A stretch of DNA of 63,998 bases, filler included, from Porpidia crustulata (taxonomy: Eukaryota), in the NCBI GenBank assembly GCA_964255105.1. It is 12 parts of 12 records of this genome, joined end to end, with 100 filler letters (N's around TTAATTAATTAA, not from the genome) between each part and the next. Parts side by side here need not be neighbours in the genome. Positions count along the whole stretch, not along the records: positions 21,530 to 26,796 come from CAXUWE010001863.1; positions 26,897 to 32,161 come from CAXUWE010001864.1; positions 32,262 to 37,523 come from CAXUWE010001865.1; positions 37,624 to 42,884 come from CAXUWE010001866.1; 8 more parts are not named here. One strand, given 5' to 3'. The notes under the pieces were generated by a model, which worked only from the letters and a program-made list of their open reading frames with translations, was not told where the DNA came from and ran no database searches. This document shows positions 26,001-39,231 of this stretch, piece by piece. How positions within the stretch are numbered: position 1 is the stretch's first letter; each line of letters opens with the position of its first letter. The position numbers were made by a program, and so were the translations under genes.

Positions 26001-26796
26001 CCCTCTCTGTGGAATGTCTGACACCTCTCATCAATATAGGTCTGTTCACCACCATGACGAGCATGGAAATCGAGCTCTGACTCATCATCACCGCCTTGAG
26101 CACCGCAATCAACCCCACAGTCATGCTCCAAAGGCTCCTGTAGTATCTCCTCGTATGCCGAAGACCACCATCGACAATAAGGCTCTATTGAAGGAAGTTA
26201 AGCAGTTACCACGCCGTCATCTGGGCTCCACTCTCTACTGTCCATCGACTATCTCATTTAAGCCAGCTGTATATCTAGCCACCGATTTCGAGTGCACCGG
26301 CACCCCCAAACCCATCCCTCGCTTTGACGGCCAAGAAAATTGTACCTACACTGTACGGATCCCAAGATTGTATCTCACGCCAACAGAACGAGAGGACATC
26401 TGCCGCCGTCGTATCCTTTGGGGCTCAGACGTCTACACCGATGACAGCGATCCATTAGCTGCTGCTATCCATTGTGGCTGGATCCAAGGCGAATGGGGTG
26501 ATAACATCGATCTCTCCATGCTCCGTGTTGGTAATATCGACGATCCACAACTCGGGCTAGTCATCAAAGACAAGTGGACTACAAATATCGTGTCCTCACC
26601 ACCTCCTCGGCCACTAGCCCCTCCCCTAGGCAAGGACCTCCACATGACGCTGCGCGTCCTCCCCGCTCTTCAGTCGTACGCCTCGACCACCAATCACGGT
26701 ATCAAATCCCGCGTGTGGGGCAGGGACCACGACGGCCTGAGTTTCAAGATCGAGAAGTTGGCCTGGGTGGGTGAAGGGGCTGGTAACATCGAGGAG
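23014..26796 (+). CDS. RXT3: Rpd3L histone deacetylase complex subunit Rxt3-domain protein, multi-exon, 3'-truncated
   Basis: Long Pro/Ser-rich N-terminus, then LPRRHLGS, ENCTYTVRIPR, LWGSDVYTDDSDPLAAAIHCGWI, GIKSRVWG..HDGLSF. Confidence 0.85.
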
Positions 26797-26896
26797 NNNN
26801 NNNNNNNNNNNNNNNNNNNNNNNNNNNNNNNNNNNNNNNNTTAATTAATTAANNNNNNNNNNNNNNNNNNNNNNNNNNNNNNNNNNNNNNNNNNNN

Positions 26897-26949
26897 GGTG
26901 GGCGCTGTCTCGTTTGAGGGTGTGTCTCGTTTGAGGGTAGACTACGTTA
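26897..26949. mobile_element. Fot1/pogo-type (Tc1-mariner superfamily) TIR end
   Basis: Reverse complement reads TA-ACGTAGTCTACCCTCAAACGAGACACACCCTCAAACGAGACAGCGCCCACC: ACGT start, a 16-nt internal direct repeat twice and a TA target site, at the contig edge. Confidence 0.7.
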
Positions 26950-27098
26950 GGTGGGTTGGTGGGTAGGTATCCGTAATTCATCGTCATACCCGCTAAGGAA
27001 ATACAAGGTACATGCTCACTTGCCCTAGATACAGGCAAAGTGGTAGACAGGTGATTCCTTCATCGACCAGCGTGCGCCAAGAAAATTTTGATCAATCG

Positions 27099-28436
27099 AT
27101 GAAAGGCACAATCATGGAGCCAGGTATAGCTGCCGCTGCCTACACAGCAGAAACCGCCATCGAAGGTGTTGCTGGTGCTGGATATGCCATTTCCAAACCC
27201 ACAATGCCTCTTAAAGCTACCTGGAAGAGCATTCCCACAAATCAGGCTTTACCGCGCTCATCACACTCTATTTCCGTTGTCAATGGAAAAGCGTACGTCT
27301 TTGGTGGCGAAGAGCAGCCTCGAGAGCCCGTCAGCGATGACATGCATGTTTACACCCTACCATCATCAGGCGTCTCAGACGCAGATTATAGGAAGGTTGC
27401 CCCAAAAGCAGGCCCAGATGGAGGAGAAGTCCCATCCCCGCGGGTCGGTCATACGGCCAATGCGATTGGTAGTAAAATCTACGTCTTTGGGGGACGAGGT
27501 GGTAAGGCAATGCAGCCGCTGGAAGAGAATGGCCGCATTTGGGTATACGATATCAAATTGAGCAGTTGGACTTTTTTAGATCCCGTCAAAGGTTCAGCAT
27601 ATCCTGCAGCAAGGTCCTATCACGCTTCCGCCGCTACATCGAATCCTCGTAAAAGCGATCAAGACCACAATGGAAACCCCGCGAAGTCGGATGATTCCGA
27701 CGTCCACGGCACTATCTTCGTCCATGGAGGCTGTCCCGCATCGGGACGCGTGGCAGATGTTTGGGCTTTTGATACACAGGCGCGAACATGGTCACAGTAT
27801 CCTGATGCCCCGGGACCCGCACGAGGTGGCCCCAGTTTGACCTTTACACAGAATCGACTTTATCGGTTTGGTGGCTTTGATGGTAAAACCGAACTTGGGG
27901 AACTTGATTATCTAGATGTCTCGGTGTCTGGCTCGAATGATGGAAGTGGTAGTGCTGAACTTGCTATCATACCAACTAGTGGGAAATGGGAGACAGTCAC
28001 ATCACCAGCTGGGGCAAAGACACCGGGTGACCGAAGTGTAGCAGGTCTACAGCCGATCACTACAGGACAGGGTCGCAATTTCCTCTTACTTTTCCTAGGT
28101 GAGGGGAACCCAAGCTCCCTCGGTCACGAAGGTGCCGGTAAGTTCTACAACGACGTATGGAGCTATCAGTTACGACCCGATGAGATGACGGCTGCAAGCT
28201 TCAAAGACACTACTAGGCAGCTGGTGGGTGTACAAACAGGCGAAGGGTTTTGGGCACAAGTCGACATACCAGAAGCCTCAATGACGAAAGGTAAATATGA
28301 GCACCCGGGTCCGCGAGGATGGTTTGCTAGTGCTCAGGGACATGACCTTGACAGGAGTAGCGTCGTTTTGTGGGGAGGAGTCAAGAGCGATAACTCAAGG
28401 GCAGGCGACGGTTGGATTCTGACTGTTGAGGTGTAA
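27099..28436 (+). CDS. Kelch-repeat beta-propeller protein (nitrile-specifier-like family); start codon uncertain (27012/27099/27114)
   Basis: Repeated kelch blades: PRSSHS..YVFGGE, PRVGH..IYVFGGRGG, ARSYH..FVHGGC, LYRFGGFDG, PRGWFAS..VLWGG. Confidence 0.85.
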   Translation: MKGTIMEPGIAAAAYTAETAIEGVAGAGYAISKPTMPLKATWKSIPTNQALPRSSHSISVVNGKAYVFGGEEQPREPVSDDMHVYTLPSSGVSDADYRKVAPKAGPDGGEVPSPRVGHTANAIGSKIYVFGGRGGKAMQPLEENGRIWVYDIKLSSWTFLDPVKGSAYPAARSYHASAATSNPRKSDQDHNGNPAKSDDSDVHGTIFVHGGCPASGRVADVWAFDTQARTWSQYPDAPGPARGGPSLTFTQNRLYRFGGFDGKTELGELDYLDVSVSGSNDGSGSAELAIIPTSGKWETVTSPAGAKTPGDRSVAGLQPITTGQGRNFLLLFLGEGNPSSLGHEGAGKFYNDVWSYQLRPDEMTAASFKDTTRQLVGVQTGEGFWAQVDIPEASMTKGKYEHPGPRGWFASAQGHDLDRSSVVLWGGVKSDNSRAGDGWILTVEV

Positions 28437-29394
28437 TACATACCATCAACTGGAGCCCTGACTTTGTGGAAGTGAAGTAATAATATGAAATGCGGTGTGC
28501 ACCATCCATCCTCACAACAGACATACCTACCACGCCAGACTACCGATCATGGGAAAACCCTTGGGGCTTTATATTCCAGAAGACTCATTGAGCTGCTATT
28601 GTTAGCTCGGCCGAAATTCTCGAGCACAAGTCATGCGCCTTGAACATGTGAGTATTCAATCGTACGATACCTCCATCACGCAGTGAAAGTCAAATTTTCA
28701 TCACTAAAACTTGGTGGCACGTTGTTTCAAGAAGTATGATATGGTAGGACAGGCTTCCTCGATTGTGCCAAGTCAAAGCCCGCGGCAATAATTCTCCCAC
28801 AATCGTCAGACATGGAGACTTAATCTAGAATTCTCCGATCAGCTCAAGATTAGACAGGTCTTCCTTCCGACAAAGGTTGCAAGTAACTTTGTTAATCATT
28901 ATATGCACTTGTGATAGCACAGAAAACAAAACCCAGGGTATTTAATTGGGATAGAGTCTTTATTTGGCAAGCTACGAAGCATCGACCGAAAGGTAGCATA
29001 AATAGATTTGGGCTTTCCAGTAACATTACTGCTCATGCATAGATAAAGTTTTCAGATCTCTGCCCACACTTCACAGTGCTAGCTATGGGTGGTAGCCCTC
29101 CGCTCCTTCCTTTTTCAATGTCACTGACGACTTCCTTTGACCATTTGCAAAACTCGTCATCTTGGTCCAGCGTGACCTTTCTATCTTTTACTTATGGTCT
29201 CATTTTCTTCGAGACGCCCCTTATTGACCTATGTCACATTACCTTTGTACTATATGCGCCTTCACACCCTGTATTATTATCCTACACTCAAAAACTGGCT
29301 GGGCCGTCCATTTCAAGTATTCTTGCCTCTTACTCTTGCCGAAGCTGAATTCCTCATTGATGTCTAATCAGGCATACCGAGGTAGCTTGTCACA

Positions 29395-31541
29395 ATGACA
29401 ATGTCTTCAGTCTTCAGCAAGATCGATGGGGCACGAGATGGGGAAAAGTCCAAGGTAGTGCCCACTAGACCATGCTGAACGCTCAACAATTAAATTATAT
29501 ATAGCCAGCTTTGGACATTAAATCTGGTAAGATCAAGTCCCAGCAAAGCACAGCCGTCAGTCGCCACCCCCTATCGCCTTACCTTTCCTTTGGCCAACTA
29601 GATCCTATCGACGTCTTAAGCAATGTAAATGGGTATAGCCCTTTATATCTCAGTCCACCAGTATCAAGTAACGCCTCAAGTCCTCCACCAAGAAAAGGCG
29701 ACGACTACTTCGGATCATTGGTAGATCAGCGTAGGAGGAGGAAAAATCGGATGAGTGACCAGACCAATCAGTCTCTGTTACTCGAGAGTGAAAACATAAG
29801 CCCCATTCATTCCGAAGAACCACATGGGACGTCACTGAGCGATACCAACGCCGCTAAGATTGATGAGAGTATTTTCAATAATGCACCTGAGCGAGAAATT
29901 GCACAAGCTGCGGCGACGGCCGTACGACGGCCACACACATTCCAGTTCGATTGGTATCATGAAATAGGGATAATTCGCAAAGCGGGGCGACACCTGAAAG
30001 AGGCTTCGGACAAAAACAGAGCCTACGGCCACGACTCTACTGCTGTGAAATCACTACGAAGACACAGTGAGGCAAAATCGGTCGTCTCAGCTGGCATCCC
30101 TTTGCTTCAGTCTGCTGGTGTTACGTTGCACGCCCTCTTTACGTCTCAGAATCGAGGTCCTTTGGACGATTCCTCTGACAAGACTAATGACCCAAGGACC
30201 TCCTATGTGAAGCGAAAGAGAGCTGCGCCACATGTGAGCCATGCGGCCGGAAATCGACAAGGTGCAAAAATCAAGCAAAACGTGGATACCGCTGCAAGCT
30301 TAACTGTACCAGCCACAATAATACTAAGAAAAGCTAGCGAGGCTCGTTACATGGAGCCAACAACAGGTACTGATAATCAATGTGTAGCAGCCGAGATGTT
30401 GCATGAAGATGGTGGTGTAGTCCGAGCGGCCGCATGTGCTTTGGCTGTCCACAGCCAGCAGCTCGACTCTAGACGGTTCTCCTCGTTTGAAAGACACAAG
30501 ATTCGCACAATGTCTTCCCCAAAGGACTCTACCAATCATCCTTTGACTATGGAACAGAGGGCGAAGTCGGTCGCTGGGCTTAGTGGACTATCTGGGTCAC
30601 ATCAACACGGCTTGGCGGCTGAAAGAACTCTTACTCCAGAAGAGGCTCGTCTGAGTCCAGATGGATTTATAATTAGATCGAACTCAAGAAGACAATCAGT
30701 CTCTGCGGCTGATTCACTTCGCCGATTCAGCGTCATTCGAGCTGGTGTTAATGTTCGTGGAAGCGTGCATGAGATCATCTGGCATGAAGATGAGACGTCT
30801 AGTAGTGCAAGCTCTCCCGTCTCGGTGGACTCTGTCGAAAACGGATCGTTGGCTACCAAAAGTCTCGAGCGGAAGACTAGTCCAGACGATATCACCGCAA
30901 CAGAACTCAGTAGTCTACCCAAAGCCTCTGCTAGGAAAAATTCGTTCTCCCTTGAAAGGAAGCAAAGCATCTTCCAAGGAGACCTCTTCGACTGGTCTTG
31001 GAACAAGCAATCTACAGGAGCGTCCAGATCGCCAGCCCCCGAGCCGTTCACTGCCGTAATACGAGAGGGAGCAGATGAGGTTCGAGATAGACGGCCTTCC
31101 ATTTCGAAGTCTTGTAGAATTCACTCTTTCCCACCCCTGAATCCTCGACAAAACACTTCTGAGTGGCGTCTAGCTCCGTTACCAGATCTCAATGATCCAA
31201 TTATTGACCAGGCGCCTTGTGAGATATTAGAGCCAAAGTATTTGGATGGTGTCGGTAGCCTCATGGACCGCGGCCTGGAGATGTACTCTAGCATACCCGG
31301 TGCCGTGCGAGCGAGCGTGGCGCCGGATGTCGATGCGGGGCTCGTTACGCAGGTCGCTGATACGCAATTTGAATATTCGCATGCCGGACTTGAGAGTGTT
31401 GTGGTTGAAGGGAACACGGGTCCAGGCTATAAGAGAAGCAAAAGCGTCAGCGGCGCTCCGCTCGCCCCCGGGAGAGTGGGAGAGGTGGGGAAAATGGGAG
31501 GTGCGATTGGTGTGAGCTCGCGTAAGAGATTTAGACGATGA
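29395..31541 (+). CDS. Hypothetical Ser/Arg-rich, largely disordered protein (short exon 1, intron 29455-29504)
   Basis: 676-codon open frame plus an in-frame upstream exon. Island motifs SVHEIIWHED and IHSFPPL. No recognisable domain. Confidence 0.65.
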
Positions 31542-31937
31542 TGGGAACCTGTCATCTTTGATCCACTGCTTGAGCTTGGTACTGCATAGACCTGAGTACT
31601 GGGCACGGCGGTAGTGGAAGACGAGCACACGGAGCAAGCTACAGTTAGCTTTTGCCCAGCTTTTTGAGCAAATCTCTATCAATTGCTGCTCAAGAAATGA
31701 TCAGCAGAATCGAATCGTAAAGGTTCCATGGCCGTTTTCTCATGTGTCCCGTTAATCATTAGACATCATCATCACAGTGACATGCGCAAAAATCGTCTAT
31801 GATCCAACAAAAACCCCAAGATCCAAACCAAGACCCCCGACCAAAGCCACACGCTTCCGCACACCCATCACACATTAGCGCTTACTCACAAATCCACCCT
31901 GCCTCCCTACCTACTCCCCCGCCGTCGTACGCCCGCT

Positions 31938-32161
31938 TCAAGACTCCCCCGGAAACACCAAACCATGCAACCCCCGATACGCCGGAACCTCAGGCGGCTT
32001 CCAGCCCTCCATCAGCGCAGGGTCGGTCAGCCGGTAGACCTCAACGCCTAGCGGGCGGCAGGACGCTTGCATTTTGTCGTCCTCGGCGCCACCATCCTGC
32101 GCCCAAGCCCAGGCCGAGAGGTCACCGCCGGGGCAGGCGCTCATGGCGCAGAGGAGGGGGA
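31938..32161 (-). CDS. DUF1989 / urea carboxylase-associated family protein, 3' fragment
   Basis: LLCAMSACPGGDLSAWAW...CRPLGVEVY...GWKPPE..YRGLHG C-terminal motif. Confidence 0.75.
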
Positions 32162-35100
32162 NNNNNNNNNNNNNNNNNNNNNNNNNNNNNNNNNNNNNNN
32201 NNNNNTTAATTAATTAANNNNNNNNNNNNNNNNNNNNNNNNNNNNNNNNNNNNNNNNNNNNGGATGAAGTTAAAGCTGTGGGAGCTAAAGAAGGGCGATC
32301 AATTCATGAGTGAACCCTGGTATTTAAGGTAGACGTCCCTCGTGACAATGTATATGAAGGCCTTGGTGGGGCTCAATAGATTGCTTCGGGAGAAGAAAGG
32401 TGAGGCGGGCAGGCAAGCTTGATGATAAATAATATTCATATGCTGCCTGAAAACTAGCTTGAAGGAAGTTGAGGGTGTGATGAAAGCCCTTTTCATGAAC
32501 AAATTTGCCCGTGTAAAGTAGAGAATGAGATGTTGGAGATATGAAAGAACTTATCCTAACTCTTGTGTGACTCGAAAAGATCGGCGGCTTGCAATTGCTG
32601 CACGCCCTGGTAAGCGGGGCCAAATCGGTAGAGAGCCTGTGTCGGTAGGACACGTCTGCGCCCCCGTGACTGACATTACTCGTCAGTCTAGTACATGGTT
32701 CTGCGGCCAGCGTCTGCAGCCTGTGAGGCAGCGACAAATGGGACCGGCAAGGCTGCAGGGCGTTTCCAGCATTGAAGCAGCTGAAGACCCTGCCAAGCGG
32801 ATGCACAGCACACCACAGCAGACCACAACGGAGTCCACTCCATCGCCCTACCAATTGACCCGTCCTTTTCAATCCCAGCGATAGTTATATGATGCATCAT
32901 GCTATGTTATGCTCTAGAGCCGCGTTAGAGCTACCTATGTGGATCATATCGCAGTAGTGAACAGCCAAAATGTCAATTCCTTCGTTTCAAGCTGTCATTG
33001 TCTGAACATGTTCATCCGAGACTCAAGAAGTCGCCAGTAGCGCTGCTGTGGACGAACCGCCGAATAAAATAGAGAGCAAGTCGCCCGGATAAGCTTGTAG
33101 ACCGGGTGGGGGGCGCCTTGCCTCACTCCCGGTGTGCCATACACCCACCAACGACACTGGCCGCGCGACTCTCGCCGGGCGTGGGATGGAGAGAAATTCC
33201 ACATGTATCCGTCCTATGGGGAAAAGGCTGGATCAAGCCGAAAGCCCTCTCTTGTTACTGCGAGATCCCGCCCCATGTCATGAATTGTGAGATTGTGGCT
33301 AAGTACCATGTCTGCACAGCCAGATGATTTCGGGGCGTAAAAATGTCGCGTTGGTGAGGGCTTCACGCTAGGCAGATACGCCCTCGCTGTGCATTCTTGC
33401 AAGCATTTGTTATTTTCCATTCCATGTAGGCTTCGTAATCCATCCCCGAAATCACCAACCCTTGTCCTGCATGCAATGAGAAAGTAGTCGCCAGTGTAGT
33501 GGTATCTGTAATGGTTTTTGCTCGCCAACTCTTGCGAGTCTGAGAGGGCGGAACAGTTCAGCCAATGAGAGAACGAATAATCTATTACGTAAGGATCTCA
33601 CCGGTTTCGATCTCGGTTAGCGTGTGTCGCGCGTGTAGAGAAGAGCATCGAGGTGCCTCGCTCACCAATGCTCAATTCAACCACAATGTCCAACTAGCTC
33701 GACACTTCTAACGTTGATACCCAACCATACCATCTAGTAAGCCATTGTGCGCCCGGTGATTGCATGCTGAGGGTCTATTGGCCACGATTTCAAACTCCAC
33801 TCCCTCACTCCAGCATTGGGGGATCACACCGGATCAAGTCTGCACCCTCAGCTGCCTCGTTGTTCAGCAGAGCCTCCTGATCGACTCTGTCTACACTCGC
33901 CATTGTAAACTAGGGCAAACCTGTTTATCGTGGGTGACGGGTTAGCGTCGTCTACTAGTTCGGTTACGATGATCGGCTTCGACTACGACTGCAAGCCATC
34001 GATTGATCAAAGGTTCCAAGTACGGGTGGAATGACACCAACAAGGTGTCGAGCTAAGAGCAGGCTGCCGGGGGTCTGCAAATTGGCTTTGGTGCTTCGCG
34101 TCTCACTTGCAAGTTCTCTATTTTGAGGATGATCCCAATTGCCAAGGCTGGCGCTTCGTGTTGCAACTTGCAAGGCTTCCTTCCTGTGTTTCACCAGTCT
34201 GTTCGGATCATGAACATCCTTTGGCCTCCGATATCCCATAATCCTGCTTGTGCATGGCCGTCGGAGCTGAGAAACCCACAACAGGCAGGCATCTGAATCC
34301 TCCCGTCTTTTCTCATCAAACCTTTGGAACAAACCCATGGAAGGGGGTTGCTGATATGGTATATATTTCAAAACTGGCCTTAAAGTCCTATATACGGGTT
34401 GCTGATACTCGACTCGCGGCCCTTGACCTGCTAATTCTAGAGTCTAGCCCTCGGGAATCCTTTGACGACTGACGTAAGCGCGATATCCAATTCCTAGCGT
34501 TTGAACCCTGCTAGCGAAGATGTCTCCCCCGGTTCTCAGCTAAAGCCTGGAGTCTTCTCACTAAAGCAAGCTTTTGATCCGCTTTCATACTATCCCAGAG
34601 TTCGCAGTCAGAATTTTGATGTTCCTGTCAGCTGCCGTCAGGCCGCACGAAAGGACTGTGATGCCTGTCATAAAAGGCTCGATGGTGCAACCCCAAGGGC
34701 TCACGACCACGAGGCAAGCCGGCCCGGTCCGAGTCATACCATCCACAAGCCTCCGGGGGAGTATCCAGAAGTAGAGCACTTGCTCCGAGGGTTGCTATTG
34801 TAGCCTCGCTGCCATTGAGCTGGATGCCTAACAAACGCGACCGCTCCTAAGAGTGGTGACAGAATAGGGAAGCGCTCTGGTCCCATGCATATGGTAAGGA
34901 ATTGTCTAAGTAAAGGCATAGTCTTGCTTCTGAACTCTGAGACAGGGCTTGGGGCTTACATAGCTTGTTGTATTGATTACCTTTCGAGCGGCTACGTTTG
35001 GAATCAAACAGCAAAATCGACGTGTCCAATGGTAGGGACGTAAGCACAAGCCATGCCGTGGACTTCTCAGGTTGGGGCCTATCTTTCTGGTGATTGAGAG

Positions 35101-35168
35101 CGCTCAGCGTGTGCAAATAAAATCTGCAGAAGACTACGGTCTTACATTTAGACGCCTACGTATCATTC

Positions 35169-35700
35169 GTGTCACTACGCCTTTCTTTGCTTCACTTTCC
35201 GTTTGTACGTAATGAGCGTTTCTCACCCACCAATCTGCAATACCCTGATCTTCAGTTCCCTCCCCTTGTCCACTCAGATCCCAAGCTCAATCGTTATCAG
35301 TTGCCTCGAAATGTTTCACTCTCTCGCGCAATGGACGTGTTACTCACTTCCAAGCTTGTTACACAGTCCGAGGCCCCTTGGATCTATGCGGACTACTACT
35401 GACTCGACGCCTACGCAGAGACCTCATTTTCCAGGTGGATACTGAATCGTTGGAGGCTAGGGTCGATATCAAGGTGAAGGTATCAACACCTGTACTCAGA
35501 TCTGAAGCCTATCTTTTGATCTCAAAGATCCGTGTCCATGATACTGGAGGAATTAGCTCTATCTCTTCCAAGCCTCCGTGGAAGCAAATAGCTACTTTAG
35601 TGATGGACGGCTATCTACATAGTGCCAACAATGCGTCGCAATGCATAATTGGTAGCCAACCCTTCTTTCCGGGCATTTCCGCTATCCACTGGATCTAAAT
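35169..35700 (+). pseudogene. Possible degenerate copy of a fungal 'LP.E.R..IY / LL..SK....EA' hypothetical protein
   Basis: LSLLHFPFVRN and VLLTSKLVTQSEAPWIY loosely resemble the protein at 54174-54860. Frame is interrupted by stops. Confidence 0.2.
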
Positions 35701-36680
35701 ACAAGAAATGCGGCCAGCGACATTCGAACTGGACAGGACGCTCCCGGTTCTGGGGACGACGGCGATCCTGTTAGATTTTCTAGGTCAAGTCTCTCAAAGA
35801 GACTGTTGTTGATATTTGCTTTTGCATTCAGCATTTCGTGTACTGGTCCATATCCTAGACGAGACAGCCACACAGTGCTTGGTTGCTTACTAGCTTCCAT
35901 GGACGTATAGGACACGGGCGAATCGACTTGATTCTCGATTCCATCCACTGTCATATTTGGGAGCGAGATATCCCAAACACCGCGGCTTTCACACCGAGAA
36001 TTCGTAACCTCAGCGCAGTAGGCTACGTGGGCTAAGAGTTGTCATAGTATATATGCTTATGACGTGAACCATTTGAGACTTCTCGTCCGCCACACCCTCA
36101 GGAGCGTGTGATAATATTTATGTCTTTCTTCTATGCAGAGGAACCAAGAGCGTGATTTCTAGCTCCTGTTCTGCAAACGAAGCATTCTGTCGAGCCTCCA
36201 GAAACTATGTCCAGGAACAGAATTCACAATACGACCAACTCTGGAAACGTCGATGATATGGCGTGCCATCAATTCTACCTCATGAGATCTCTTTGCTAGA
36301 TGTACCAAACTAATCAGGACTTGAATACTTGGCCAGACTTTTAGATCATCTCAATCAAATAAATCTGAGGAGCCCCAGCAGCTCTCTTTGTTGTCGATAA
36401 CTGTTTACTCACTTCTCTTTATCACGTCAAGTCCCTTGCTCCCAGTGCTACGTTGCAATCTCAACACACTTGCCGTTCCTAATCAGTCGCGACACCTCAC
36501 CATCTTATTGTTACTCTTTCCAGTAGTGAACTGTTGTGCAGCCACAACATCTAGATTCATCTCCTTTGTGTTCACATCACCTCAATCAACTCTCTCATCC
36601 TCAAAACCCCATCTAAAACAAAAATGAGACAATCTCGAACCCCACGCCGCAAGCATCTCTCTTTCAAGTTGAAACCAAAA

Positions 36681-37028
36681 ATGGGTTGTATCTCCTCCCG
36701 CCTCTTTCGTACCAGTACTGCTGCCCGCGACGAAACTACCCTACACAACAATGCGGCCGGCCAGCCCGCAAATCCCTTCGAAGGTCCGAGCAAGCGAACA
36801 AGAGACGGGAGCTGGCATGAGAATAACTACTTGGAACACCCCAGAAAGGACGTGGTAGCCGCAAGGATGGATGACGAGCAATCCGAGGTGCAAGAGTTGC
36901 AGGAGGTACATTGGTCGCACGAACGACATGAGTTAGAGGTCGACGATACCATCGATTCGGTGTATCCGATCTTGCGGAGCTCGAGCGCGCCGTTATGGAA
37001 CGAGAATACCGTTAGGGTTGCCTATTGA
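36681..37028 (+). CDS. Small hypothetical protein starting MGCISS (possible N-terminal lipidation)
   Basis: ATG in good context (caaaaATGG), MGC-x-x-S start, acidic C-terminal half. Confidence 0.4.
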   Translation: MGCISSRLFRTSTAARDETTLHNNAAGQPANPFEGPSKRTRDGSWHENNYLEHPRKDVVAARMDDEQSEVQELQEVHWSHERHELEVDDTIDSVYPILRSSSAPLWNENTVRVAY

Positions 37029-37623
37029 TCAATGACTTGCCACTGCTGCATGATTAGTTTGGCATGCAGAATTTAGGGGTCCATCGAAAAGGTATGTGAA
37101 TGTTACTCTTCACATACTAATGAATCTATCATTAGGCAGCCACTGAGTTGTATTCGTAGCCCAAAAATCCTACATAACAAAACGTTCATCCATCTGCATC
37201 GATGGCTCGTTGCACTGACAGTTAACATCACTCGGTTCCAGATCGGAACCAAAAATTGCTACAAAGCATCGCCCATGACTTGTGTCTACACCATCGAAAA
37301 ATCAAACGACAATCAAACCCTTGCCAACAATTCGAGTTGAATAAGCAGGTGAGAACACGAAGCGTTGCGCTGTTCGACACATCGACACGATAGAAATACT
37401 AACACGAAAACCAGCGACCCAAACAGACAACCCTGCCTAATTAACGTCTCCATTTCCTTCTTCCTTTTTCTTCCCAAACAAATCTATTGTATCTTATTCC
37501 CCACTGACCCATCTATCTTCACCNNNNNNNNNNNNNNNNNNNNNNNNNNNNNNNNNNNNNNNNNNNNTTAATTAATTAANNNNNNNNNNNNNNNNNNNNN
37601 NNNNNNNNNNNNNNNNNNNNNNN

Positions 37624-38515
37624 TATCCTGGCCTCCTCCCGGCTCGAACCACCATGCTGTTCCTTCAAGCTCTCCTCGCCATTCTTCTCAATCACCAGCT
37701 TCCTCAACCACGCATTCTCCGTCTCCAACTGCCCGATCCTAGACTGTAGCGCATTGGCTTTATCGGTCAGGTCCTTGGTCGTGCGCTCGAGCGCTTGTTC
37801 GCGTTGCTTCTTCTTAACACGAAAGCGAGCAGAGGCTGCGGTATTGCGCCGGCGTTTGTCTTCGTCAGCAGCTTTGTGGGAATCTTCTTCGAATGTAGAG
37901 ACGGCGGGGGAGGTAGCTTGACGTTTGTTATCAGGGTAAGAAATGGCATTGAAAGGAGAGGTAATCGTCGTGTTGTAGGGGTTCGGGAGATTTGGTTGAG
38001 GGAGTCCTTGTGGCGCAGCGTAAGAGGCTGAAGGATTGTACTCCGCTGGATTTGTTGCATTGAGCGGAAGGATTGGCTCAATCTCGGGAAAGGCATAGTC
38101 GCCTGTCAGCTTCGGTCAGCACGATATGCATGCAGTACGACGTCACCGCATGGTACAGCAACAGGCCATCGAGCCAAACTCGAAGCGAGACAGTTCAGAC
38201 GATACGTCCTCGCGAGAGAAATTCAAAGAGCATACCATTAACAAAGACCAATCCTTTAGCCCCATTCTCCGCCGCAACGGCATTCTCTTTCTTCAAGTGT
38301 GCCTCTTGCGAAGCGTCATACCTGGCCGACGTCTCATCGGCACGGACGCCCAGGTCAAAGTCGTAGAATTCGGCATTGGTAAATATTGCAAGGTCATCGG
38401 TGAGACTGAAGTTTTCTTCCTGCTGAGCGGCGATATCGATTTCGGAAGGGATGGTATTCAGGTTGGCGACATACTGGGATACATTGGGTGCCCTGCGACC
38501 GCCGAAATTGGCCAT
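37624..38515 (-). CDS. metR: bZIP sulfur-regulatory transcription factor MetR/CYS-3 type; intron 38103-38235; 3'-truncated
   Basis: N-terminal GRRAPNVSQYVANLNTIPS and DDLAIFTNAEFYDFD. bZIP EDKRRRNTAASARFRVKKKQREQALE...LETENAWL. Confidence 0.9.
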
Positions 38516-39231
38516 GGCCGATTAGACCAGTCAAAGGTCCAGACTCGGCCTCAGATTGGTCAGGTCCCAAAGTCAATCAAATGTCGTCTTCGACAAAGGT
38601 AAATGATGGAAGAATGAGGGTGGATGATACAATGGAGATAGAGAGTTGTGAGAGCGGGGCCAAATGGATTGCAAATCTCGTACTCTAGCCGAGGGAAAGA
38701 GCCGCACTTCTGTTTCCGGCTGCTTGGAACGGATGGTTCATACAAAACGCGGGATTCAAATTTGAAGAATTACGAATAGCTTCAGCAATTGCAGCACAGC
38801 GTTTTGTTTGGCTGCAGCGTCAAAGACATTCCAGTGTAGAATTATTTGATTATTTAATCACATTCAATTGCCTGCGTGCATCAGTAATGCCACAGACAAT
38901 CATCATAAACCAAGTGTGAACAATGACGGATAAGCATCTTACTAGCACAATCTCACCCCCTGATCCTTGTTCTACACACATCATTAAAGGACAAAACCCA
39001 GTCCCAGGTCAAGAGTAAGGTAAATAGTCAGTCGAGCCAGTTTCGTGGCCAATCAGCTTACATAGGTAATCATGATTATCAAAACAACATGACGAGGATT
39101 TTATCTCGGTATATCCGGAATATATACAAGCGAACAGGATCAAATTTGTTGGAGCATCTAAGCCCTTTCCAACCTTTCCCCCAACGCCACGCTGGAATGC
39201 AGGACGAAAGTCATACATGCAAGTTGATGAT

